A stretch of 64,000 nucleotides of DNA from Sphingomonadales bacterium (lineage in GTDB: Bacteria > Pseudomonadota > Alphaproteobacteria > Sphingomonadales > Sphingomonadaceae), in assembly GCA_027491235.1 (NCBI GenBank), contig JAIXWO010000022.1, positions 654,102 through 718,101 on the forward strand, written 5' to 3'. The notes below the pieces were generated by a model. The model saw nothing but the letters and a program-made list of their open reading frames with translations. It ran no database searches and had not been told where the DNA came from. A program made the translations under genes and the position numbers. Of this stretch, positions 28,391 to 38,426 are shown in pieces. Numbering within the stretch: position 1 is the first letter of the stretch; every line of letters begins with the position of its first letter.

Positions 28391-28891
28391 TCAATCCGCC
28401 TTGCTGCGGTGTTCGTTCACAAAACCGATGAGCGCATCACCACTCGCCCGCAGCAATGGATAGGTGCGAGACTGCGTCATCCATTCGGGTCGATTTTCAC
28501 TGCCCCTTATGAGATCAAAAATCAGCGCAAAGAAGAGAAACACGACGGTTGCCAGAATGAGACCCTTCACAACGCCAAAGCCAAGCCCGAGCACGCGATC
28601 AAACGACCCAATGAACGAACTCTTGGTCTCAGCGCCAATTTTGCGGGCGATCATTCTACCAACGAACATAGCCACACCAAATATCAAAGCGAAGGCCAGC
28701 GCAGAGCCGCCAGATTCGGTCCCGACGATCCCGGCAAGTCGAGATGAGACCGGCCCGTGCAAAACCTTCACGGCTGCAATGGCCAACACCCATGCGCCTA
28801 AGGACAGCGATTCAGTGACAAAACCCCGCTTGAAGCCAAGCAAGCCTGCCCCGCCCATCAGGAGCAGAACGAAGATATCGAGAGCGGTCAT
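28391..28891 (-). CDS. cvpA: CvpA family membrane protein
   Basis: GFKRGFVTE, DRVLGLGFGVVKG, SRTYP. Confidence 0.88.
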   Translation of the reverse strand: MTALDIFVLLLMGGAGLLGFKRGFVTESLSLGAWVLAIAAVKVLHGPVSSRLAGIVGTESGGSALAFALIFGVAMFVGRMIARKIGAETKSSFIGSFDRVLGLGFGVVKGLILATVVFLFFALIFDLIRGSENRPEWMTQSRTYPLLRASGDALIGFVNEHRSKAD

Positions 28892-28900
28892 GCACTATCG

Positions 28901-30274
28901 CTATCCTCGGGCGAGGAGATGGTCAACGAATTGGCCGAGTGTTCGGAAAGATTGAACTCTGATGTCACCGCCAATGGCATCCAAGCCCACTGGCCCAAAC
29001 GCCCTTTCAAACCCGAGTTTAGACGCTTCCTTCAAACGCAGGGAAGAATGCGCAACAGGCCGGATCTCACCCGACAAAGCGACTTCTCCAAACGCAATCG
29101 TATCGATGGGCACGGGTCGTTCTGTCCAAGACGAGATCAGGGCCGCCGCCACGGCCAAGTCCGCAGCCGGGTCTGACAGGCGATAACCGCCGGCGATGTT
29201 AAGATAGACTTCTGCTGACGACAAAGAGAGGCCGCAACGCGCCTCAAGAACAGCTAAGATCATGGCAAGACGCCCATTGTCCCAACCCACCACCGCGCGA
29301 CGCGGCGTTGCCCCACTGGCCAGCCGCACCGTCAGCGCCTGCACCTCAACCAACACAGGGCGTGTGCCTTCCAAGGCCGGGAATACTGTTGTCCCCGTTA
29401 CCGTCTCATCGCGTGCGGTGAGAAAGAGCGAGGACGGGTTGCCGACTTCGGACAGACCCGCCGTCTCCATTGCGAAAACGCCAATTTCATCCGTTCCGCC
29501 GAAGCGGTTCTTGATGGCCCGCAAAATGCGATATTGATGGCTGCGTTCCCCCTCAAAGCTCAGGACAGTATCAACCATATGTTCAAGGACACGGGGGCCC
29601 GCAATAGAGCCGTCTTTCGTCACATGGCCGACGAGAACAAGTGCCGTGCCGCGTTCCTTGGCAAAGCGGATGAGTTCCTGCGCAGATGCCCGCACCTGAC
29701 TGACAGTGCCCGGCGCGCCTTCGATGAGATCACTGTGCATCGTCTGAATGGAATCGATGATCGCCAAAGCCGGTGGCGACGAAGAGCTCAACGTGGTCAG
29801 AATATCCCGCACCGATGTTGCAGCGCCAAGCATCACTGGGGCATCTGCCAAACCGAGGCGCCGCGCGCGCAACCTGACCTGATCCGTCGCCTCTTCGCCC
29901 GAGATATAGGCGACCGACTTGCCTTCTTTGGCGAGCCGCGCGGACGCCTGCAGCAACAGTGTTGATTTCCCGATACCCGGATCACCGCCGATGAGCGTGG
30001 CAGAGCCTGCGACAAATCCGCCGCCCAGGGCGCGGTCCAACTCCTTGATGCCGCTTGAAAGGCGGTCCGGAAGGGAAATCTTGGTGTCGAGCCCGACCAG
30101 TTCGATCCATTGACCGCCGCCCTGCAAGTCATGCTTGGCACGAAACGGCGTCACGACAGCGCCTGCGTCTTCAACGATGCAGTTCCATTCATTGCAGTCC
30201 ACGCATTGGCCTGCCCATTTGGAGCTAACGCTGCCGCAATTCTGGCAAACAAAGCGCTTTTGGACGCGCGCCAT
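28901..30274 (-). CDS. radA: DNA repair protein RadA/Sms
   Basis: CQNC...CVDC zinc finger, GGDPGIGKST, KNRFG, S5-like C-terminal domain. Confidence 0.97.
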   Translation of the reverse strand: MARVQKRFVCQNCGSVSSKWAGQCVDCNEWNCIVEDAGAVVTPFRAKHDLQGGGQWIELVGLDTKISLPDRLSSGIKELDRALGGGFVAGSATLIGGDPGIGKSTLLLQASARLAKEGKSVAYISGEEATDQVRLRARRLGLADAPVMLGAATSVRDILTTLSSSSPPALAIIDSIQTMHSDLIEGAPGTVSQVRASAQELIRFAKERGTALVLVGHVTKDGSIAGPRVLEHMVDTVLSFEGERSHQYRILRAIKNRFGGTDEIGVFAMETAGLSEVGNPSSLFLTARDETVTGTTVFPALEGTRPVLVEVQALTVRLASGATPRRAVVGWDNGRLAMILAVLEARCGLSLSSAEVYLNIAGGYRLSDPAADLAVAAALISSWTERPVPIDTIAFGEVALSGEIRPVAHSSLRLKEASKLGFERAFGPVGLDAIGGDIRVQSFRTLGQFVDHLLARG

Positions 30275-30291
30275 CAAGATTCTCCAAACGT

Positions 30292-30306
30292 GAACGAAAT
30301 GGGAAC
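30292..30306 (-). promoter_or_regulatory. alphaproteobacterial LexA (SOS) box upstream of radA
   Basis: GAAC-gaaatgg-GAAC on +, i.e. GTTC-N7-GTTC on -, 17 nt upstream of the radA ATG. Confidence 0.8.
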
Positions 30307-30328
30307 ATATGGCCGTTGGTGGACGACG

Positions 30329-31045
30329 TCAATCGCGATCGCGGGCCATTGCATCCGCAGGATGCGCTTCGTTGCGGCAGGAAAGCCAGACCTGCAGCGC
30401 CGCCGGCTCTGGAATATCAACGCGGCCATAGCCGGACTTTACAAATCCAAGCGCCGCCAACTGGGCTAAAGCATTGCTCACAGCGACACGGGATGCGCCA
30501 AGCCGTTCGGCTAAGTCATTTTTGGCGACAGGAACAACACCGGCATTTCCGCTCAACCGATCAAGATCGAGCAACAACCTGCCAAGCCGGTCGATCAAGG
30601 GAAGTCGCAGAATTTCATCAATCGCAATGATGGCGCGCGCCTGACGCAGCGCCATTAACTCTAAAACAAGATCCACGACATCCGGAAACTCCTCAAGAAA
30701 GAGACGAAAACGGGCAGCCGAAAGATGGTCGATGACGGTCTGGCCATAGGCATGGGCATCCTGCATCCGGGAGAGTCGCCCAAAGACAGTCACTTCCCCG
30801 AACATGTCCCCAGCGGACAGCATGAATGCAGAGATTACTTGTCCGGAGCGCCCAACTGCTCCGAGCCGAACCATGCCGGAAATGATGAAATCAACACCGG
30901 CGCGCTTGTCGCCTCTTTGGTGGATCAATTGACCGGAACCGTATGTTTTACGGGTGCAAACAACCTGCAGCCTCGCCCTTGCCGCAGGGCTAAGTCGGGA
31001 AATAATCCCCCGCTTAGGCATGCCGTCTGCGTCCACAGCCACCAC
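30329..31045 (-). CDS. Crp/Fnr family transcriptional regulator
   Basis: cNMP-like cassette FGEVTVFGRLSR; HTH KNDLAERLGASRVAVSNAL. Start may instead be ATG 31021. Confidence 0.85.
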   Translation of the reverse strand: MVAVDADGMPKRGIISRLSPAARARLQVVCTRKTYGSGQLIHQRGDKRAGVDFIISGMVRLGAVGRSGQVISAFMLSAGDMFGEVTVFGRLSRMQDAHAYGQTVIDHLSAARFRLFLEEFPDVVDLVLELMALRQARAIIAIDEILRLPLIDRLGRLLLDLDRLSGNAGVVPVAKNDLAERLGASRVAVSNALAQLAALGFVKSGYGRVDIPEPAALQVWLSCRNEAHPADAMARDRD

Positions 31046-31062
31046 CCGCCAAAAAGGAAAGC

Positions 31063-31076
31063 AAAGTGTACACTTT
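31063..31076. promoter_or_regulatory. perfect 14-bp palindrome, candidate operator
   Basis: AAAGTGTACACTTT in the divergent Crp/patatin intergenic region. Confidence 0.45.
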
Positions 31077-31222
31077 TTTACAGTCCTCGAAAGACAGTAT
31101 CGTTACAGAGTTGCCCGTGAGGCCGTTCGGCCTTTTGAAGTGTCCTGGGTCGCAATCAGGAAATGGGGGCGTCGGGCGTTAATTCGCTCGACCATTGGTG
31201 CCAGCCGCGATACCTTTTCGCC

Positions 31223-33526
31223 ATGCGTGAAAAGGAATTGCGGCTGGCACTCGTTTGTTATGGCGGCATCAGCCTCGCCGTTTACATGCATGGCATCACC
31301 AAAGAGATTTGGAAGCTCACCCGCGCAAGTCGATCTTTTCATGCGGGAGACGGCGGCCTTTCCGCCACTGAAACCATCTATAGCGACATTTTGGCGCAAA
31401 TTGCGGATGAGCAACACCTCAAGCTTCGCGTCCTGACAGACATTATCGCAGGGGCCAGCGCGGGCGGTATCAATGGCATCTTCTTAGCCAAGGCCATCGC
31501 CACCGGACAGTCGATTGAGCCGCTCACCAAACTTTGGCTAGAAGAAGCCGATGTCGACAAGCTTCTCGATCCAGATGCCCGCCCCATGTCACGCTTCACC
31601 AAGTTTTGGGCCATGCCTTTTGCTTGGTATTTGGCCAACCGATCGGGTGGGGCGATTGAGAAGACCGTGGCCAGCGAGGCGCGACAAGAGGTGCGCAGCA
31701 AGTTAACCCGCTTTGTCCGCGCCCGATGGTTTGAACCACCCTTTGGCGGCCCGGTGTTAAGCGGTATGATCCTCGATGCCTTTGCCGCCATGGACAAAAC
31801 CGAAACGGGCACCCCTCTCCTTCCCGTCGGTCAACCGCTTGATCTCGCAGTGACAGTCACCGATTTTCGGGGGCATCCAGAGCAGTTACGCCTTAACTCT
31901 CCCCAACATGTTGTCGAAAGTGAGCATCGTCTTGTGCTGTCCTTCAGGCATGATCCTGATCAGAACCAGTTGCTTGGCAGTTCGGCATCTCTCGCTTTTG
32001 CTGCACGCGCCACGTCCAGCTTCCCCGGCGCTTTTCCACCCCTAAAACTTGCAGAGATGGACCAGTTAATCACCGCGCGGGCGGATACATGGCCGGACCG
32101 TGCCGCATTTATCAATGCAACTTTCCCTAAGACCATTCCGAACATCAACGATCTTACCCTGATCGACGGATCAGTGCTGGCCAACGCCCCTTTCCGGGCA
32201 GCTGTCGACAAATTGAAGGACCGTCCGGCCCGTCGCGAGGTAGATCGGCGGTTTGTCTATATTGATCCCAAACCCGGGATCCGCGCGATCTCCCTTAAGC
32301 GCGCGGGCCAGTCTGACCGCCCCGGCTTTTTCACGACCATCATCGGGGCGATGTCAGAACTTCCCCGCGAACAACCTATCCGGGACAATCTGGAAGCCAT
32401 CGACGCCCGATCGACACGCATCCGACGCATGCAGCATATCGTGGATGCCCTGACGCCCGAGGTGGAAGAGACAATACAATCGCTGTTCGGCCGCACCTTC
32501 TTTTTGGACCGTCCGACGGCTAAGCGGGTCGCGAACTGGCGCGTCAAAGCGCATGATCGCTCCGCATCAGACGCCGGTTTCGCTTACGCGGCCTATGCCC
32601 ATATGAAACTCTCCGGCGTCGTTGAGGAGTTGGCAGACCTTGCAGCCCGCATTGGCACGGGTCAGGCCGATTTTGCAGCCGATCAGTTTCGGCGGGGCCT
32701 GTGGGATGAGGTTCGGGCCCGCGGAGTCGACCGTATCAACTGCAACAGTCACAGCGAGCGTGACCCTTCGATTCTCTTTTTCCGGCAGCTTGACCTTGGC
32801 TTCCGCATTCGACGCCTTCGATTTCTAGCCAGAAATGTCACGGAGATGGTCGATACGGGCGAAGCTGCAGATGCCGATCTCGTCCATTTGCGCGGCACGA
32901 TCTACGACAGGCTGGCGCCGTTGATCGATTTGCAAAATGCCGGGACCTACAAAGACATTTGCATGGACAGCCCTGGCGCCTTCCTCGACGCAGTGGCCGC
33001 CCAGCAGGACCTTGTCCGGCTGGATGCGGAGACAGACGAGGCCTTGGCCGCAGCGCTGACCGCTTGTCCAAAGGCATTATGTCGTCGTCCGCTCCTGACT
33101 TATCTCGGCTTTCCTTTTTACGACATCAGCACGCTGCCGATGTTGCAAGGCGAGGGATTGGACGAGTTTAACCCGATCAAGGTCGACCGGATCGCCCCGG
33201 ACGACGCACAATCCATTCGTTCCGGCGGTGCGGCGGCGAGCCTGAAGGGAATCGAGTTCAACAGCTTCGGTGCATTCTTCAGCCGCAAATATCGCGAAAA
33301 CGACTATCTTTGGGGTCGGCTGCATGGCGCCGAGAGACTGATCGACATCATCTTTTCGACCGCACCGCCCCAAGCGCCAGACGTCATAGACCGCTTCAAA
33401 TTCCGCATGCTTTCGGCGATTTTGGCGGAAGAGGAAGCGCAACTGACTGCCGTATCCGATCTCTTCCCCATGTTACGGGCAGAGCTTGCACAGGGTCCAC
33501 TGGCCAAAATGGCCACTGTGTCCTAA
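31223..33526 (+). CDS. patatin-like protein with DUF3376-type C-terminal domain
   Basis: GGISLAVYMHG oxyanion loop, GASAG nucleophile, IDGSVLAN, RENDYLWGRLHGAERL. Confidence 0.9.
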   Translation: MREKELRLALVCYGGISLAVYMHGITKEIWKLTRASRSFHAGDGGLSATETIYSDILAQIADEQHLKLRVLTDIIAGASAGGINGIFLAKAIATGQSIEPLTKLWLEEADVDKLLDPDARPMSRFTKFWAMPFAWYLANRSGGAIEKTVASEARQEVRSKLTRFVRARWFEPPFGGPVLSGMILDAFAAMDKTETGTPLLPVGQPLDLAVTVTDFRGHPEQLRLNSPQHVVESEHRLVLSFRHDPDQNQLLGSSASLAFAARATSSFPGAFPPLKLAEMDQLITARADTWPDRAAFINATFPKTIPNINDLTLIDGSVLANAPFRAAVDKLKDRPARREVDRRFVYIDPKPGIRAISLKRAGQSDRPGFFTTIIGAMSELPREQPIRDNLEAIDARSTRIRRMQHIVDALTPEVEETIQSLFGRTFFLDRPTAKRVANWRVKAHDRSASDAGFAYAAYAHMKLSGVVEELADLAARIGTGQADFAADQFRRGLWDEVRARGVDRINCNSHSERDPSILFFRQLDLGFRIRRLRFLARNVTEMVDTGEAADADLVHLRGTIYDRLAPLIDLQNAGTYKDICMDSPGAFLDAVAAQQDLVRLDAETDEALAAALTACPKALCRRPLLTYLGFPFYDISTLPMLQGEGLDEFNPIKVDRIAPDDAQSIRSGGAAASLKGIEFNSFGAFFSRKYRENDYLWGRLHGAERLIDIIFSTAPPQAPDVIDRFKFRMLSAILAEEEAQLTAVSDLFPMLRAELAQGPLAKMATVS

Positions 33527-33556
33527 GCTACTGAACTCGGTTGGAGTTGATGTCGC

Positions 33557-33895
33557 ATGCAGTTTCTCAAAACCATCTTCTGGGTCGTGATTGCGGTGGT
33601 CCTTGTTGCGTTTTCGATCAGCAACTGGACCAGCATTACCATTACGCTTTGGAGCGGATTGCTGCTGCAAACTTATCTGCCCCTGGTCATTGGCGCCGCC
33701 TTTCTCCTTGGATTTCTTCCCTATTATCTCCTTCACCAGGCGACCCGCTGGTCGCTGCACCGCAAATTGATGCAGGTAGAACGCCAATTGGCCGAGACAC
33801 GCGCTATGCTTGAGCCCAAGTCCGTCGAAACACCCGCGCCGGGAGCGATTCCCCCTTCCGCTGCACCAATTGCCGTGCCACCGGGGGTGTCATGA
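33557..33895 (+). CDS. LapA-like (lipopolysaccharide assembly protein A domain) small membrane protein
   Basis: Two hydrophobic helices, FSISNW, basic coiled tail; position before pyrF/trpF. Confidence 0.65.
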   Translation: MQFLKTIFWVVIAVVLVAFSISNWTSITITLWSGLLLQTYLPLVIGAAFLLGFLPYYLLHQATRWSLHRKLMQVERQLAETRAMLEPKSVETPAPGAIPPSAAPIAVPPGVS

Positions 33896-34566
33896 CCAGT
33901 CCTATCTATGTCGCCATCGACACCCCTGAACTCGAAAAGGCCCGCGACATCGTCGCGAAGGTCAAACACCATGTCGGCGGGATCAAGCTTGGCCTTGAAT
34001 TCTTCTCCGCCAACGGCCGCGCCGGTGTTCGGGAAATGGCACAGCTTGGCCTGCCGATTTTCCTCGATCTGAAACTGCATGACATTCCCAATACCGTCGG
34101 CAAGGCGGTGCAGGCCCTCGCTCCTTTGAAACCAGCCATACTTACGGTGCATGCCGCCGGTGGCCGCGCCATGATGGAAGACGCGAAGGCAGCAGCTCCG
34201 ACCGGCACAAAGGTCGTCGCCGTAACAGTGTTGACCAGCCTTGATGGCACCGATCTGCAGTCAATAGGCGTCAATGCCAGCCCGCATGACCAGGTGGAGC
34301 GCCTGACGCTGCTGGCCAAGGAATCTGGCCTCGACGGCGTCGTTTGTTCGGGCAATGAAGTCGCCGCCGCCCGCAAACTATGGCCCGGCGGTTTCTTCGT
34401 CGTGCCCGGCGTCCGACCCAATGATGGCAAGATCGGCGATCAGAAGCGTGTCGTGACACCGCGACAGGCGTTGGATAACGGGGCGTCAATTTTGGTCATT
34501 GGACGACCAATCACGCAGGCCGATGATCCGGACGCGGCAGCACGGGCCATCGACGCGACAATTTGA
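33892..34566 (+). CDS. pyrF: orotidine-5'-phosphate decarboxylase
   Basis: FLDLKLHDIPNTV, VTVLTS, VPGVRP, VIGRPIT. Confidence 0.97.
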   Translation: MTSPIYVAIDTPELEKARDIVAKVKHHVGGIKLGLEFFSANGRAGVREMAQLGLPIFLDLKLHDIPNTVGKAVQALAPLKPAILTVHAAGGRAMMEDAKAAAPTGTKVVAVTVLTSLDGTDLQSIGVNASPHDQVERLTLLAKESGLDGVVCSGNEVAAARKLWPGGFFVVPGVRPNDGKIGDQKRVVTPRQALDNGASILVIGRPITQADDPDAAARAIDATI

Positions 34567-34568
34567 TC

Positions 34569-34931
34569 ATGGCTGATCAAGCGACCCCCAATCTTCCTTC
34601 GCGCAGTTTTGACGCGACAGAAGCCTTTTATCTCCTACTCGGATTTGAACGGAGCTGGCGCGATGACGGCTGGATGATCCTTGGAAAGGGAAAGCTTTGC
34701 TTAGAATTCTTTCTGCTTCCTGATCTTCAGCCCGAAAATAGTACCTTTAGTTGCTGCCTACGCCTCGACGATCTTCCGAGCTTTGTGGCACAATGCCTTC
34801 AGGCGGGCATTCCCGACACGCGGAAAGGCTGGCCGCGCCTGCACCCAACCAAGCGTGATGCCAACGGACTGGACATCGCTTATCTAATCGATCCAGACGG
34901 CACGCTTCTGCGCCTGATACAGAACGACTAA
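34569..34931 (+). CDS. ble: bleomycin-binding/resistance protein (VOC fold), BleMBL-like
   Basis: MADQATPNLPSRSFDATEAFY, GWMIL, CCLRLDDL, GWPR, YLIDPDGTLLRLIQN match the bleomycin resistance protein family as I recall it. Confidence 0.85.
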   Translation: MADQATPNLPSRSFDATEAFYLLLGFERSWRDDGWMILGKGKLCLEFFLLPDLQPENSTFSCCLRLDDLPSFVAQCLQAGIPDTRKGWPRLHPTKRDANGLDIAYLIDPDGTLLRLIQND

Positions 34932-34934
34932 GCA

Positions 34935-35564
34935 ATGGCCATTCAAGTTAAAATCTGCGGCATCTCAACCGAAGAGACGCTTGATGCAGCGATCAGTGGC
35001 GGGGCGTCGCATATCGGCTTCAACTTCTTCGCCAAAAGCCCGCGCAGCGTGGCGCTGGAGCGGGCATCGGCACTTGTACAGCGGCTGCCAGATCATGTGA
35101 CCGCTGTTGGTCTGGTTGTGGATGAGGAGCGGGACCGCATTGACGCGATCCGCGCGCAGACCGGCATTCAAACCATTCAGCTTCACGGCGAAGAGAGCCC
35201 TGAATTCGCGGCGTCGCTCGGTGGTGACGTCTGGAAGGCCATTCCCGTTAAGACTCGGGATGATTTGGCTGCAGCGCACACCTTTGCAGGTGCCGTTAGC
35301 CACCTTCTCTATGATGCAAAGCCGCCCAAGGGCGCCGACCTTCCAGGTGGAACGGGCATGCGTTTTGATTGGTCGCTCCTCGATGGCTTTGCACATCCTT
35401 TGCCCTGGCTGCTGGCCGGGGGTCTTGATGCGGGCAATGTCGCAGAAGCGGCGGCCAGAACAGGTGCCCGTTTCATTGACGTTGCTTCGGGTGTTGAATC
35501 CGCACCGGGCATCAAGGATGTGGACAAGATCGCCGCATTCCTTAAAGCGACAGCCGACTTATGA
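34935..35564 (+). CDS. trpF: phosphoribosylanthranilate isomerase
   Basis: [38 protein letters not shown]. Confidence 0.96.
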   Translation: MAIQVKICGISTEETLDAAISGGASHIGFNFFAKSPRSVALERASALVQRLPDHVTAVGLVVDEERDRIDAIRAQTGIQTIQLHGEESPEFAASLGGDVWKAIPVKTRDDLAAAHTFAGAVSHLLYDAKPPKGADLPGGTGMRFDWSLLDGFAHPLPWLLAGGLDAGNVAEAAARTGARFIDVASGVESAPGIKDVDKIAAFLKATADL

Positions 35565-36769
35565 CACTTATCAACTCCCTCCGTACGCAGCCCGACGACC
35601 GCGGGCATTTTGGCCAGTTTGGCGGACGTTATGTCGCCGAAACGCTGATGCCGCTCGTCCTCGATCTGGAAACGGAATATCGCAAGGCAAAGGCGGACCC
35701 CGCCTTTCACGCCGAGTTTGACGATCTGCTCGAACATTATGTCGGCAGGCCAAGCCCGCTTTATTTCGCCCCACGACTGACCGAAGAGCTGGGCGGTGCC
35801 CAAATCTGGTTCAAACGCGACGAGCTGAATCATACCGGTGCACACAAGATCAACAACTGCATCGGCCAGATCCTCCTCGCCATTCGCATGGGGAAGACGC
35901 GGATCATCGCGGAAACCGGAGCCGGCCAGCACGGCGTGGCGACGGCAACCGTCTGCGCCCGCTTTGGCCTGCCCTGCGTCGTCTATATGGGTGCGACCGA
36001 CGTTGCCCGTCAGGCGCCCAATGTGTTCCGCATGAAGCTGCTCGGCGCGGAAGTCGTGCCGGTCACCTCGGGTGCTGCAACACTCAAGGACGCCATGAAC
36101 GAGGCGCTGCGCGATTGGGTCGCGAATGTGGACGACACCTTTTACATCATCGGCACCGCCGCCGGTCCACACCCCTACCCCGAACTGGTCCGCGATTTTC
36201 AGAGCGTGATCGGCAAGGAAGCCCGTGCCCAGATGTTGTCGCGTGTCGGTCGCCTGCCAGACGTTCTCGTCGCGTCCATTGGTGGCGGTTCCAATTCGAT
36301 CGGACTGTTCCATCCCTTCCTTGATGATCCGTCGGTCAAGATGCTCGGTGTCGAAGCCGCAGGCCATGGGCTGGATAAGGAACATGCCGCCTCACTGGCG
36401 GGCGGTCGCCCCGGCATTCTGCACGGCAACAAGACATATTTGCTGCAGGATGAAGACGGCCAGATCATCGAAGGCCATTCGATATCCGCCGGCCTCGATT
36501 ATCCGGGCATTGGGCCGGAACATAGCTGGCTGAAGGAAATCGGCCGCGTCGATTATACCTCCGTCACCGATACCGAAGCGCTGGAAGGCTTCCAGCTGCT
36601 CTGCCGCACCGAAGGCATCATCCCCGCGCTTGAACCCGCGCACGCGATTGCAGCTGTCCGCAAACTCGCGCCGACGATGGACAAGGACCAGATCATCCTC
36701 GTCAACCTGTGCGGTCGCGGCGATAAGGACATCTTCTCCGTGGCGGAGCATCTTGGGGTGTCGCTTTAA
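35561..36769 (+). CDS. trpB: tryptophan synthase beta chain
   Basis: [40 protein letters not shown]. Confidence 0.98.
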   Translation: MTLINSLRTQPDDRGHFGQFGGRYVAETLMPLVLDLETEYRKAKADPAFHAEFDDLLEHYVGRPSPLYFAPRLTEELGGAQIWFKRDELNHTGAHKINNCIGQILLAIRMGKTRIIAETGAGQHGVATATVCARFGLPCVVYMGATDVARQAPNVFRMKLLGAEVVPVTSGAATLKDAMNEALRDWVANVDDTFYIIGTAAGPHPYPELVRDFQSVIGKEARAQMLSRVGRLPDVLVASIGGGSNSIGLFHPFLDDPSVKMLGVEAAGHGLDKEHAASLAGGRPGILHGNKTYLLQDEDGQIIEGHSISAGLDYPGIGPEHSWLKEIGRVDYTSVTDTEALEGFQLLCRTEGIIPALEPAHAIAAVRKLAPTMDKDQIILVNLCGRGDKDIFSVAEHLGVSL

Positions 36770-37569
36770 TGTCGCGCTTCGCTTCCGCCTTTCGGCCCGA
36801 TCATTCCGCCCTCGTCTGCTTTGTCACGGGTGGCGATCCGACGCCGGATGCAACACCCGCCATCCTCGACGCCCTCGTTGAAGGCGGTGCAGATGTCGTC
36901 GAACTCGGCATGCCGTTCACGGACCCGATGGCGGATGGCCCGGCCATCCAGCGGGCCAACCTCCGCAGTCTTGGCGCGGGCACCAAGACAGCGGACATCT
37001 TCGCCATCGCCACCGGCTTTCGCGCTCGTCATCCCAACGTGCCGCTCGTCCTTATGGGCTATGCCAATCCGATGACGATCCGCGGCGCCGACTGGTTTGC
37101 CGCAGAATGCACCAAGGCCGGTGTGGACGGCGTCATCTGCGTCGACATTCCGCCGGAAGAAGACCCTGAACTTGGCCCCGCACTGCGAGCCGAAGGCATC
37201 TCGCTGATCCGCCTCGCCACGCCGACCACAGACGCAGCGCGGCTTCCGGCAGTTCTCGATGGCTCCTCGGGCTTTCTCTATTACGTCTCGGTCGCCGGGA
37301 TCACCGGATTGCAGCAGGCAGCACAGGCTTCCATCGAAGACGCCGTCGCCCGCCTGAAGGCCGCCACCAACATTCCCGTCGCGGTCGGATTTGGCGTCCG
37401 TACGCCGGAACAGGCCGCCGAAATCGCCAAGGTTGCCGATGGCGTGGTTGTTGGTTCCGCCATCATTGATATTGTCGCGACCGAAGGCGCTAATGCGCCC
37501 GCCAAAGTCCGCGACTTCGTCCGCTCGCTTCGTACAGCGATGGACCATGCCCGGGAGAAAACCGCATGA
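36769..37569 (+). CDS. trpA: tryptophan synthase alpha chain
   Basis: [39 protein letters not shown]. Confidence 0.97.
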   Translation: MSRFASAFRPDHSALVCFVTGGDPTPDATPAILDALVEGGADVVELGMPFTDPMADGPAIQRANLRSLGAGTKTADIFAIATGFRARHPNVPLVLMGYANPMTIRGADWFAAECTKAGVDGVICVDIPPEEDPELGPALRAEGISLIRLATPTTDAARLPAVLDGSSGFLYYVSVAGITGLQQAAQASIEDAVARLKAATNIPVAVGFGVRTPEQAAEIAKVADGVVVGSAIIDIVATEGANAPAKVRDFVRSLRTAMDHAREKTA

Positions 37570-38420
37570 ACTGGCTGACCCGCGTCCGCAATGCGATGCC
37601 CTTCATCGCCAAGCGCGAAACCGAGGGCAATCTTTGGAACAAGTGCCCGTCCTGCTCGCAGATGATCTTCATCAAGGAATATGAAGAGAATTTGTCGGTT
37701 TGCACCGTCTGCGGGCACCATGGCCGGATTGGGCCGCATGCGCGCTTCAGCCAGATTTTCGATGCGAACAGCTGGTCCATGTTGCCGAGCCCGCGGGCGC
37801 CCGAAGACCCGCTGAAGTTCCGCGATTCCAAAAAATATGTGGACCGCATCAAGGCTGCCCGTGCCGCCACTGGCGAGCATGACGCGCTGCTCAACGCCAA
37901 AGGCCGGATCGAAGGCCAGGGTGTTGTCGTTGGCGTGCAGGACTTTGCCTTCATGGGCGGCTCAATGGGCGTCGGCGTGGGTGAAGCGTTCATCGCAGGC
38001 GCCAAGGCCGCACTGGCTGACAAGGTGCCGTACATCATCTTCACCGCCGCCGGCGGCGCGCGGATGCAGGAAGGCATTTTGTCGCTGATGCAGATGCCCC
38101 GCACCACCGTTGCCATTGCGCAGCTGCGGGAAGCCGGCCTGCCCTATATCGTCGTCATGACGGACCCGACCACGGGCGGCGTCACGGCCAGCTATGCTAT
38201 GCTCGGCGATGTGCAGATGGCAGAACCAAATGCGCTGATCGGCTTTGCGGGACAGCGCGTCATTCAGGATACGATCCGGGAGAAACTCCCGGAAGGTTTC
38301 CAGCGCGCCGAGTATCTGCTTGATCACGGCATGCTCGATATGGTCGTCGAACGGAAAGACCTGCGCGAAACGCTCGCTCGTCTGATCAGCTATCTGATGC
38401 CGGAAAAGGCCGCGGCCTAA
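37566..38420 (+). CDS. accD: acetyl-CoA carboxylase carboxyltransferase beta subunit
   Basis: CPSC...CTVC zinc finger, [33 protein letters not shown]. Confidence 0.97.
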   Translation: MNWLTRVRNAMPFIAKRETEGNLWNKCPSCSQMIFIKEYEENLSVCTVCGHHGRIGPHARFSQIFDANSWSMLPSPRAPEDPLKFRDSKKYVDRIKAARAATGEHDALLNAKGRIEGQGVVVGVQDFAFMGGSMGVGVGEAFIAGAKAALADKVPYIIFTAAGGARMQEGILSLMQMPRTTVAIAQLREAGLPYIVVMTDPTTGGVTASYAMLGDVQMAEPNALIGFAGQRVIQDTIREKLPEGFQRAEYLLDHGMLDMVVERKDLRETLARLISYLMPEKAAA

Positions 38421-38426
38421 CCTTAA

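Noticed and set aside
35309-36385. 358-aa antisense ORF over trpB (similarly 46747-47961 over uvrD and 25217-25786 over aroB)
   Set aside because: Antisense shadows of conserved, codon-biased genes; no recognisable motifs.
35561-38420. Visibly higher GC in trpB-trpA-accD as a sign of horizontal transfer
   Set aside because: lpdA shows the same bias, so codon optimisation is sufficient; cannot be quantified by eye.
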